A stretch of 64,000 bases of DNA from Oscillospiraceae bacterium (GTDB lineage Bacteria > Bacillota > Clostridia > Oscillospirales > CAG-272), in the NCBI GenBank assembly GCA_015064095.1, contig SVSW01000002.1, forward strand, positions 27,002 to 91,001, given 5' to 3'. The notes below the pieces were generated by a model that saw nothing but the letters and a program-made list of their open reading frames with translations, was not told the origin of the DNA and made no database searches. The translations under genes and the position numbers were made by a program. Every line of letters starts with the position of its first letter. Position 1 is the stretch's first letter. Below are positions 16,503 to 24,597 of this stretch, piece after piece.

Positions 16503-18290
16503 ATGTCAGAATTTTTGACCGCTGCCGACAAGCGCAGCTTCTATTGCGGCGAAGTTCCCGAATCCGCCGTCGGCTCAGACGTTTGCGTCATGGGCTGGGT
16601 CCAGCGCCAGCGCGACCTCGGCGCTCTCATATTTATCGACCTGCGCGACCGCACGGGCATCGTTCAGCTCGCTTTTGACGACAAGACCGATCGTGAGGTC
16701 TTCGACAAGGCTTTCTCCTGCCGCGCGGAATACGTCGTCTGCGCCCACGGCACAGTCCGCGAGCGTGACGCCAAAAACCCCAATATCTCCACCGGTAATA
16801 TTGAGATCTACGTCAGATCCATGAAGATCCTCTCCGCCGCACAGACACCTCCCTTTGAGGTCAGCGACGCAAAGAAGGTCAAGGACGAAACAGCCTTAAA
16901 ATACCGCTACGTCGACCTGCGACGCCCCGAGCTCCAGCGCAACATCAAAATGCGCCACGATATTGCTCGCGTCGCACGTCAGTATTACTACGAAAACGGC
17001 TTCTACGAGATCGAAACGCCCATGATGATCAAGGCGACCCCCGAGGGCGCGCGCGATTATCTCGTTCCCTCCCGTATCCATAAGGGCAGCTTTTATGCCT
17101 TGCCGCAATCGCCCCAGATCTACAAGCAGCTGCTCATGCTCTCGGGCTTCGATCGCTATATCCAGCTCGCTCGCTGCTTCCGCGACGAGGACCTGCGCGC
17201 CGACCGCCAGCCCGAATTCACTCAGATCGACCTTGAAATGTCCTTTGCAACACAAGAGGATATCATGTCAATGAACGAGGGCTTTATCAAACGCGTTTTC
17301 CGTGAAGTTATGAATATAGATATAAAGACCCCCATGCCCCGCCTCACCTTTGCCGAGGCTATGGAGCGCTACGGCTCGGATAAGCCCGATACGCGCTACG
17401 GTATGGAGATAAACGATATTTCGGACTGCGTTCGCTCCTCCGAGTTCGTCGTTTTCAAATCTGCTCTTGCGACCGGCGGATCCGTTCGCGCGATCGTTGC
17501 CAAGGGCGGTGCCGCTACGCTGACGCGTAAGGAGATCGACAAGCTGACCGAGCACGCAAAGGGCATCGGCGCGAAGGGCTTGGCTTACGTTCGCTGGGTC
17601 GACGACGAGCCAAACTGCTCGTTCGCAAAATTCATGACCCCCGACGAGCTTGCCGCAATATACGAAAAAGTCGGACTTGAACGCGGCGACGTTATGCTCA
17701 TCTGTGCCGACCGCGATAAGGTCGTGCTCCCCACCCTCGGCGCCTTGCGCCAGATCGTTGCAAGAAAGCTCGACATGATCCCCGAGGGCAAATTCAATTT
17801 CCTTTGGATCACCGAGTTCCCCTTCTTTGAATGGAACGAGGAGACCGAGCACTGGGACGCAATGCACCACCCCTTCACAATGCCCCTTGAAGAATGCCTG
17901 CCCTACCTTGAAAGCGACCCCGGTCAGGTTCGCGCAAAGTGCTACGACATGGTGCTCAACGGCACAGAGCTCCTTTCCGGCTCGATCCGTATCACCGACT
18001 GGCAGCTCCAAGAAAAGATGTTCGCCGCCCTCGGACTGACACCCGATGAGATCGAGGCAAAATTCGGCTTCCTTGTTGAAGCTTACAAATACGGCGCTCC
18101 GCCTCACGGCGGCTCAGGTATGGGTCTTGACCGTCTTGCAATGGTCATGTCCGGTGCTGACAGTCTTCGTGACGTTCTCGCCTTCCCGAAGGTACAGAAT
18201 GCAAGCGAGCTGATGTCGGGCTGCCCCGCACCTGCCGATGCAAAGGCTCTTGCCGATCTTTCGATCGCCGTTATTGAAGAAAGCAAATAA
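16503..18290 (+). CDS. aspS: aspartate--tRNA ligase
   Basis: Bacterial-type AspRS motifs are present (QSPQIYKQLLM, FRDEDLRADRQPEFTQIDLEMSF, GGSGMGLDRL). The start is at ATG 16503. The track ORF start 16293 is an upstream extension overlapping thiI. Confidence 0.93.
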   Translation: MSEFLTAADKRSFYCGEVPESAVGSDVCVMGWVQRQRDLGALIFIDLRDRTGIVQLAFDDKTDREVFDKAFSCRAEYVVCAHGTVRERDAKNPNISTGNIEIYVRSMKILSAAQTPPFEVSDAKKVKDETALKYRYVDLRRPELQRNIKMRHDIARVARQYYYENGFYEIETPMMIKATPEGARDYLVPSRIHKGSFYALPQSPQIYKQLLMLSGFDRYIQLARCFRDEDLRADRQPEFTQIDLEMSFATQEDIMSMNEGFIKRVFREVMNIDIKTPMPRLTFAEAMERYGSDKPDTRYGMEINDISDCVRSSEFVVFKSALATGGSVRAIVAKGGAATLTRKEIDKLTEHAKGIGAKGLAYVRWVDDEPNCSFAKFMTPDELAAIYEKVGLERGDVMLICADRDKVVLPTLGALRQIVARKLDMIPEGKFNFLWITEFPFFEWNEETEHWDAMHHPFTMPLEECLPYLESDPGQVRAKCYDMVLNGTELLSGSIRITDWQLQEKMFAALGLTPDEIEAKFGFLVEAYKYGAPPHGGSGMGLDRLAMVMSGADSLRDVLAFPKVQNASELMSGCPAPADAKALADLSIAVIEESK

Positions 18291-18385
18291 AAAACAAAGG
18301 GTACGCAGAGCAAAAAAGCTCGGCGTACTCTTTTTCTCTTTGCTGCAAAGTTTATTAAAAATCTTATTTAATTTTTATCTTGCCC

Positions 18386-18414
18386 TTGACTTGTTGCGCA
18401 AAACATGATATAAT
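18386..18414 (+). promoter_or_regulatory. sigma-A promoter TTGACT-17-TATAAT for the SCIFF operon
   Basis: TTGACT 18386-18391, TATAAT 18409-18414, then the GGAGGA RBS. Confidence 0.6.
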
Positions 18415-18444
18415 CGTTATATAATTCATTCGGAGGATACTGTA

Positions 18445-18597
18445 ATGGAACATATCAAGACTATCGAGACCCGCAATCTTTGCGACAGTGCTAAAAACGG
18501 CGGCTGCGGCGAGTGCCAGACCTCTTGCCAGTCCGCTTGCAAGACCAGCTGCGGCATCGCTAATCAGCAGTGCGAGAGCGCTAAGGAAAGCGAGTAA
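18445..18597 (+). CDS. scfA: six-cysteine ranthipeptide precursor SCIFF
   Basis: This 50-aa ORF is missing from the track. It reads MEHIKTIETRNLCDSAKNGGCGECQTSCQSACKTSCGIANQQCESAKESE and contains the canonical GGCGECQTSCQSACKTSC core. Confidence 0.9.
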   Translation: MEHIKTIETRNLCDSAKNGGCGECQTSCQSACKTSCGIANQQCESAKESE

Positions 18598-18610
18598 TCA
18601 AAAAAGTTGA

Positions 18611-18636
18611 AAGCCGCCAAAATGGCGGCTTTTTTA
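18611..18636 (+). terminator. hairpin/partial terminator between scfA and scfB
   Basis: AAGCCGCC-AAAAT-GGCGGCTT followed by TTTT. Confidence 0.6.
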
Positions 18637-18662
18637 ACGTAAAATACATTTCGGAGATTTTT

Positions 18663-20048
18663 ATGATACATCAATATAAGCTCGGCGGATATAATATCGT
18701 GCTTGACGTATGCTCGGGTTCCGTTCACGCGGTGGACGAGGTTGCATACGATATAATTTCAATTTTCGAAGCCTGCCCGAAGGACGAGGTAATTGCAAAA
18801 ATAAGCGAAAAATATTCCGGCAGAGAGGATATTTCTCGCGCCGATATCGAAGAATGCTACGAACAGGTAAATGAGCTTAAAATCAAAGGAAAGCTCTTTG
18901 CCCCCGATACGTTTGAGCGCATGGCGGGCAAATTGAAGGAAAAGACCTCGGGCGTGGTCAAGGCGCTTTGCCTGCATATTGCGCACACCTGCAACCTTAA
19001 TTGCTCATACTGCTTTGCAAGTCAGGGCAAGTATCACGGCGAGCGCGCCGTGATGAGCTTCGAGGTCGGAAAACGGGCTCTTGACTTTCTCGTTGAGAAT
19101 TCGGGGGCGAGGCACAACCTCGAAGTCGATTTCTTCGGCGGCGAGCCTCTTATGAATTTTGACGTTGTAAAGAGGCTTGTGGCATACGCGCGAAGCATAG
19201 AAAAAGAAAAAAACAAGAATTTCCGCTTCACTCTTACCACCAACGGCGTTCTTATCGACGATGACGTGATAGATTTTGCAAACCGCGAGATGAGCAACGT
19301 TGTGCTCAGTCTTGACGGAAGAAAAGAGATACACGACCGCTTTCGCGTGGACTATGCGGGCAACGGAAGCTTTGATAAAATAGTTCCGAAATTTCAGCGG
19401 CTCGTCAAGGCACGCGGCGGCAAAAATTATTATATGCGCGGTACTTTTACTCACGCAAATCCCGATTTTCTTGAGGATATAAAAACTATGCTTGACCTCG
19501 GCTTTACCGAGCTCAGCATGGAGCCCGTGGTATGCGCCCCCGGCGACCCCGCCGAGCTTACGGCGAGCGACCGCGCCATCGTTGCCGAGCAGTACGAAAA
19601 GCTCGCCGAGCTTATGCTTGAACGCGAGCGTCAGGGCAAACCGTTTACTTTCTACCACTACATGATAGACCTCACGGGCGGACCTTGCATATATAAGCGC
19701 ATCTCGGGCTGCGGATCGGGCACAGAATACATGGCGGTAACGCCTTGGGGCGATCTTTACCCCTGCCACCAGTTCGTCGGCGACGAAAAATTCCGCCTCG
19801 GTGACGTATGGGGCGGCGTTGATAACCCCGAATGTCAAAAGAGCTTCTTTGACTGCAACGTATACGCGCGCAAAGAATGCAAGGACTGCTGGGCGCGCCT
19901 TTACTGCTCGGGCGGCTGTGCGGCAAACGCATATCACGCAACGGGCTCCGTTCGGGGTATATACGAGCCGGGCTGCGAGCTTTTCCGCAAAAGAATGGAA
20001 TGTGCTATCATGATAGCGATAGCACGCGCGCTTGGAGATAACAAATAA
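18663..20048 (+). CDS. scfB: SCIFF radical SAM maturase (SPASM domain)
   Basis: 461 aa with the CxxxCxxC motif CNLNCSYC and a C-terminal SPASM Cys cluster (CKDCWARLYCSGGCAANAY). It lies immediately downstream of scfA. Confidence 0.9.
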   Translation: MIHQYKLGGYNIVLDVCSGSVHAVDEVAYDIISIFEACPKDEVIAKISEKYSGREDISRADIEECYEQVNELKIKGKLFAPDTFERMAGKLKEKTSGVVKALCLHIAHTCNLNCSYCFASQGKYHGERAVMSFEVGKRALDFLVENSGARHNLEVDFFGGEPLMNFDVVKRLVAYARSIEKEKNKNFRFTLTTNGVLIDDDVIDFANREMSNVVLSLDGRKEIHDRFRVDYAGNGSFDKIVPKFQRLVKARGGKNYYMRGTFTHANPDFLEDIKTMLDLGFTELSMEPVVCAPGDPAELTASDRAIVAEQYEKLAELMLERERQGKPFTFYHYMIDLTGGPCIYKRISGCGSGTEYMAVTPWGDLYPCHQFVGDEKFRLGDVWGGVDNPECQKSFFDCNVYARKECKDCWARLYCSGGCAANAYHATGSVRGIYEPGCELFRKRMECAIMIAIARALGDNK

Positions 20049-20050
20049 TT

Positions 20051-21385
20051 ATGAAAACACCGATATTCGATTTTGCAAACGAATACGCAAAAGGCGGCGC
20101 CGTTCGCGCCCATATGCCCGGGCATAAGGGCAAGGGGGCTCTGTGCGAGGAGCTCGACATAACGGAAATTGTCGGAGCAGACAGCCTTTTTGAGGCTGAC
20201 GGTATAATAAAACAGAGCGAAGAAAACGCCTCCGAGCTTTTCGGGGCGCACACCTTTTATTCGACAGAAGGGTCCTCTCTTTCTATCCGCGCCGCAGTAT
20301 ATCTTCTCTCGCTTTACGCAAAGGAGAAGGGGCGCGCGCCGCTGATCGCCGCTGCGAGAAACGCGCACAAGGCCTTTCTTTCGGCAATAGCGCTCACCGA
20401 TGCCGATACCGTTTGGCTTGCGCCAAAGGAAGATGCGTCGTATCTCTCTTGCCCCGTCACAGCAGAGGATATAAGAGCTTTTTTGGCAAACGCAAAAGAG
20501 CTTCCGATCGCGGTGTATCTCACGAGCCCCGATTATCTTGGGAACGTGCTCGATATCGCGGCTATTGGGGAGGTCTGCCACAGCTTCGGCGTTCTGCTTT
20601 GCGTGGATAACGCTCACGGAGCATATCTGAAATTTCTTTCTCCCTCGCGCCACCCGATCGATCTTGGCGCTGACATATGCCTTGATTCCGCACACAAAAC
20701 GCTCCCCGTTCTCACGGGCGGTGCATATCTGCATATTTCAAAAAATGCCCCCTCTCTTTTCGAAAAGGAAGCAAAGGACGCGCTCTGCCTTTTCGGCTCA
20801 ACGAGCCCGTCGTATCTTATCCTGCAATCCCTTGACAGGGCAAACGCATATCTTGAAGCTCACAGGGAGCGCTTGGCAGAATTTACCCCTTTGGTCGAAG
20901 CTTTGCGATCTGCCCTCAAAGAACGCGGCTTTACCCTTATCGGTGACGAACCGTTAAAGCTCACGCTCGCGCCGAGAGCTTTCGGATACACGGGAAAAGA
21001 GATAGCATACATACTTGAACGCAAAAACATAGTCTGCGAATTTTCGGACAGCGACTATACGGTGCTTATGCTCACTCCCGAAAACGGCGTGCAGGCTCTC
21101 AAAAAAATAAAAAAAGCGCTTCTTTCGATAGACAGAAAAGAGCCTGTTCCCAACACGCAGCCGCGCTTTTCTCTGCCCGAGCGAGTTATGCCGATAAGAG
21201 AAGCCATGCTTTCACCAAGAGAGACCGTTCCGCTCGCGAACAGCATCGGGCGCGTGCTTGCCTCTCCCTCAGTTTCCTGTCCCCCCGCCGTGCCGATAGC
21301 CGTTTCGGGCGAGAGGATAGACGAAAATACGGCAAGGGTAATGGAATATTACGGCGTTACCGAATGTCTTGCTGTGAAGCTGTAA
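20051..21385 (+). CDS. PLP-dependent Orn/Lys/Arg decarboxylase family protein (YaaO-like)
   Basis: 444 aa with HMPGHKG and DSAHKTLPVLTGGA (the PLP lysine context). Confidence 0.8.
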   Translation: MKTPIFDFANEYAKGGAVRAHMPGHKGKGALCEELDITEIVGADSLFEADGIIKQSEENASELFGAHTFYSTEGSSLSIRAAVYLLSLYAKEKGRAPLIAAARNAHKAFLSAIALTDADTVWLAPKEDASYLSCPVTAEDIRAFLANAKELPIAVYLTSPDYLGNVLDIAAIGEVCHSFGVLLCVDNAHGAYLKFLSPSRHPIDLGADICLDSAHKTLPVLTGGAYLHISKNAPSLFEKEAKDALCLFGSTSPSYLILQSLDRANAYLEAHRERLAEFTPLVEALRSALKERGFTLIGDEPLKLTLAPRAFGYTGKEIAYILERKNIVCEFSDSDYTVLMLTPENGVQALKKIKKALLSIDRKEPVPNTQPRFSLPERVMPIREAMLSPRETVPLANSIGRVLASPSVSCPPAVPIAVSGERIDENTARVMEYYGVTECLAVKL

Positions 21386-21389
21386 GCAA

Positions 21390-21432
21390 AAAAAATCTAC
21401 GGTATACCTTTTTCAAGATATACCGTATTTTT
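21390..21432. terminator. bidirectional terminator between convergent genes
   Basis: TACGGTATA..TATACCGTA stem flanked by an A-run and a T-run. Confidence 0.7.
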
Positions 21433-21437
21433 GAAAA

Positions 21438-22046
21438 TTACGCCTCTTTTACCGCACGGAATACATCTTCGGCGATCGTTTTGACGTCACGCGCCGCGTC
21501 TATGACTTTTATATTGTCCGACAGGCGCTCGAACGTGTAAAAATATTTTTCGCGCACCTCGCGCAGCTTTTCCGCCTTTTCGTAGATCTCCGTAAATCCG
21601 CGATCGCTCCGATTTATGCGCGACATGCTGACAGCGGGATCTATATCAAGGAAGATGCACACGTCGGGCCGCCTGATCTCCGGGCAATCGACGTTCATTT
21701 TTCTCACCCATTCAAAATCCGTTTCGCTGCCCTGATACGCAAGCGTTGAATAATAATATCTGTCACAAATGACATCAAAATCCGCGTCGAGCAGCTTTTT
21801 TATGCCCGTGACGGGATTGACGTTGTGATTTATGCGGTCAAGAAGAAAAAGTGACGCAAGCTCGCACGCACTACGCTTCGTAACACCGCTTAGCGCATCG
21901 CGCAGCATGCCGCCGGAAACCGATTCCGTCGGCTCGGCGGTGACGTATACCCGTCTGCCCTCGGCGCGAAGCCTCTCGGCAAGCGCGCGGATCTGCGTGC
22001 TTTTTCCGGACCCGTCTATCCCCTCGAATACAATGAATTTTGCCAT
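21438..22046 (-). CDS. tmk: dTMP kinase
   Basis: MAKFIVFEGIDGSGKSTQ P-loop. Length 202 aa. Confidence 0.93.
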   Translation of the reverse strand: MAKFIVFEGIDGSGKSTQIRALAERLRAEGRRVYVTAEPTESVSGGMLRDALSGVTKRSACELASLFLLDRINHNVNPVTGIKKLLDADFDVICDRYYYSTLAYQGSETDFEWVRKMNVDCPEIRRPDVCIFLDIDPAVSMSRINRSDRGFTEIYEKAEKLREVREKYFYTFERLSDNIKVIDAARDVKTIAEDVFRAVKEA

Positions 22047-22123
22047 ATCTTTCTCCGAAAATTACATATTACATATATTATAACACCGCAACCTGAGATT
22101 GTCAATAAAATAAGGAGTTGTTC

Positions 22124-23308
22124 ATGAAAATGCAATACCGCCGCGACGCGCGCGGCAATCCCCTCTCCGTGCTCGGCTTCGGCTGTATGCGCTTTCCGCG
22201 CAAGCTCGGCGCCATCGACATGAAAAAAACCGAAAAGCTCATCGTCAAAGCCGTTCGAAACGGCGTCAATTATTTCGACACCGCCTATATCTATCCCGGC
22301 AGCGAGGACGCCCTCGGCACGGTGCTCGAAAAGCACGGCCTGCGCGACCGCGTCAACATTACGACAAAGCTCCCCCACTACCTGATCAAAAGCGTTGATT
22401 CGCTTGACAAAATATTCAACGAGGAGCTGCGCCGCCTGCGCACCGATCACATTGATTATTATCTTATGCACATGCTGACCGATACCGCCACCTGGGATCG
22501 CCTGATCGCCCTCGGCGTTGGCGAATGGCTTGAAAAGAAAAAGGCTTCGGGACAGATCCGTCAGGTCGGATTTTCATATCACGGCGGCTCGGATACCTTC
22601 ATAAAGCTCGTTGACGCATACCCCTGGGATATTTGCATGATACAGTATAATTACATGGACGAGCACAGCCAGGCAGGCCGTCGCGGGCTTGACTACGCAC
22701 ACGGGGCGGGCTTGCCCGTGGTCATTATGGAGCCGCTTCGCGGCGGCCGCCTCGTTTCCCGCTTGCCCGACGGCGCAAAGCGCATTTTTGCCTCGCACCC
22801 CGTTTCGCGCACGCCTGCCGAATGGGCTTTTTCGTGGCTTTACGATCAAAAAAAGGTCACAGTCGTGCTTTCGGGTATGAGCGACGACCGCATGCTTACC
22901 GAAAATCTCATCACCGCCGCGCGCTCGCGCGCAGGTATGCTGACAGACGCCGACCGCGCTATGCTTGCCGACGTTGTCAGCGAGATAAACGCTAAAATGC
23001 AGGTGGGCTGCACGGGCTGCGGATACTGCATGCCATGCCCTCGCGGCGTTGATATTCCCGGCACCTTTGCGGCATATAACCGCCGTTTCTCCGAGGGAAA
23101 ATTCTGGGCGCTGCGCGAATATTTTATGTGCACTGCCCTGCGGCAGAACGCCTCGTCCGCATCGGAATGTATCGGCTGCGGCAAATGCGAGCGCCACTGT
23201 CCGCAAGGAATTGAGATCCGCCGGGAGCTCAAACGCGCCGAGCGCGAGCTTGAGGGCGCGCTTTACAGAACCGCAAAAAAGGTCGCCCGAAAATTCGTAA
23301 AGTTTTAA
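22124..23308 (+). CDS. aldo/keto reductase fused to a C-terminal 4Fe-4S ferredoxin-type domain
   Basis: The AKR N-terminal part (LGFGCMRFP, NYFDTAYIY) is followed by CTGCGYCMPCP and CIGCGKCERHCP clusters. I prefer ATG 22124 (6 nt after AAGGAG) over the TTG 22118 used by the track. Confidence 0.85.
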   Translation: MKMQYRRDARGNPLSVLGFGCMRFPRKLGAIDMKKTEKLIVKAVRNGVNYFDTAYIYPGSEDALGTVLEKHGLRDRVNITTKLPHYLIKSVDSLDKIFNEELRRLRTDHIDYYLMHMLTDTATWDRLIALGVGEWLEKKKASGQIRQVGFSYHGGSDTFIKLVDAYPWDICMIQYNYMDEHSQAGRRGLDYAHGAGLPVVIMEPLRGGRLVSRLPDGAKRIFASHPVSRTPAEWAFSWLYDQKKVTVVLSGMSDDRMLTENLITAARSRAGMLTDADRAMLADVVSEINAKMQVGCTGCGYCMPCPRGVDIPGTFAAYNRRFSEGKFWALREYFMCTALRQNASSASECIGCGKCERHCPQGIEIRRELKRAERELEGALYRTAKKVARKFVKF

Positions 23309-23341
23309 AACTGTTTTTATAAAAAACAAAATAGCCTCGTT

Positions 23342-23671
23342 TTATATTTGGACGAGGGTTACCTGTTTGTTGCTTTTTTTCGAATATTTCAAAGTATATT
23401 GTGCGCCCTTCGAGATGCCGTCCCATATGATGAGCACGGCATCAGCCATATCAACCATTTGTTGATTGCGTTTTAACGGTGCGGCTCGGCCGTAAAGGTC
23501 GTAGCGCGGGCGCAATATATATTTGGAAAGACGGTGCTTATCAGCATACCTCTCCGCCAAACTGTCAATTCCGTCTGCGCCACCGCTGATAACCGTATCA
23601 ACGTCCGCCGGAATATGCGGAGATAAGTCAAAGTCGGTAATACTCCTTGAACCGACGATCAGCAATTTCAT
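23342..23671 (-). CDS. DUF2493 / SLOG (YspA-DprA-like Rossmann) family protein
   Basis: MKLLIVGSRS...VISGGADGIDSLAERYA...GRAAPLKRNQQMVDMADAVLIIWDG. The start is at ATG 23671. The track ORF extends spuriously to 23866. Confidence 0.65.
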   Translation of the reverse strand: MKLLIVGSRSITDFDLSPHIPADVDTVISGGADGIDSLAERYADKHRLSKYILRPRYDLYGRAAPLKRNQQMVDMADAVLIIWDGISKGAQYTLKYSKKSNKQVTLVQI

Positions 23672-23779
23672 AGAATAAAATCCCCCTTTATTATATATAC
23701 CTATATAAGTATATACCAAAATGGAGAAATTGTCAATCGGGTATATATTCGATAGAATATATATCAAAGGAGGGGTTTC

Positions 23780-24001
23780 ATGGTAAGGTTGACTATTGAT
23801 CGGTATCTTGACGAGCGCGGCATTACTCGATACGAGCTTGCCAAGCGCACCGAAGTTAAATTTCAAACGATAGACCGCTATTATAAAAATCGCGTCGTTC
23901 GTTACGACAGTTACATTTTAGACCGCATATGCGCGGCATTGGACTGTTCCCTCTGCGACATTATTGAGTACGTCAAGGAAGAAAGAACGCCCTCGCCGTA
24001 A
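23780..24001 (+). CDS. XRE/Cro-type helix-turn-helix transcriptional regulator
   Basis: 73 aa with the HTH ITRYELAKRTEVKFQTIDRYYKN. It is divergent from the SLOG gene, and the intergenic region has the inverted repeat GTATATACC..GGTATATA. Confidence 0.8.
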   Translation: MVRLTIDRYLDERGITRYELAKRTEVKFQTIDRYYKNRVVRYDSYILDRICAALDCSLCDIIEYVKEERTPSP

Positions 24002-24019
24002 CGCTCCGCAAAAATAGTG

Positions 24020-24052
24020 AAAAAAGCCGACACGAACCGTGTCGGCTTTTTT
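24020..24052. terminator. bidirectional terminator
   Basis: AAAAAAGCCGACAC-GAACC-GTGTCGGCTTTTTT. Confidence 0.8.
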
Positions 24053-24054
24053 AT

Positions 24055-24444
24055 TTATTCCTCTGTCTGCTCTGCGGCTTCCTCGGCTTCTTCCTCGCCT
24101 GCCTTTTTTGCCTCGCGCGCGGCGCGGCGTTCCGCCTTTTCGGCTTCGGCGGCTCGCTTTATCTCGCGAAGCTCTGCCTTTATCGCGTTCATCTGCTTAT
24201 TAAGGTCGCTTATGTATCTTATCTCAACAGCAATCGCTTCGCGGTTGTCTATCTTGCCGACCTCTTGCAGATAATAGATGCGTCCGAGGGTGTCGTATTC
24301 CTCCGCCGCCTCTATCTCAAGCTTATTGAGCTTTGCTCGCAGAGTGGCAACATTTTTGATGTTCTTTGTTTTATCGGCAGTCTTTTTTGCCGTGGCTTTT
24401 GCGGTTTCCTTTACGTTTCCGTAAATTTCATTGATTTTCGACAT
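24055..24444 (-). CDS. hypothetical coiled-coil protein with Glu/Ala/Lys-rich tail
   Basis: 129-aa ORF with a heptad-like composition. I recognised no family. Confidence 0.6.
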   Translation of the reverse strand: MSKINEIYGNVKETAKATAKKTADKTKNIKNVATLRAKLNKLEIEAAEEYDTLGRIYYLQEVGKIDNREAIAVEIRYISDLNKQMNAIKAELREIKRAAEAEKAERRAAREAKKAGEEEAEEAAEQTEE

Positions 24445-24597
24445 GATTTTTCTCCTTTACAGCTTTCATCAATTTAATTATACTCTTTTTCCCCGCTTTT
24501 GTAAACAGGATCGGCGAAAGTTTTTATTTTTATGGGTTTGTACACGAAATCTTCACAAATTGAGTTTATAATTATTTACGAAAAACGGAGGTAAAAA

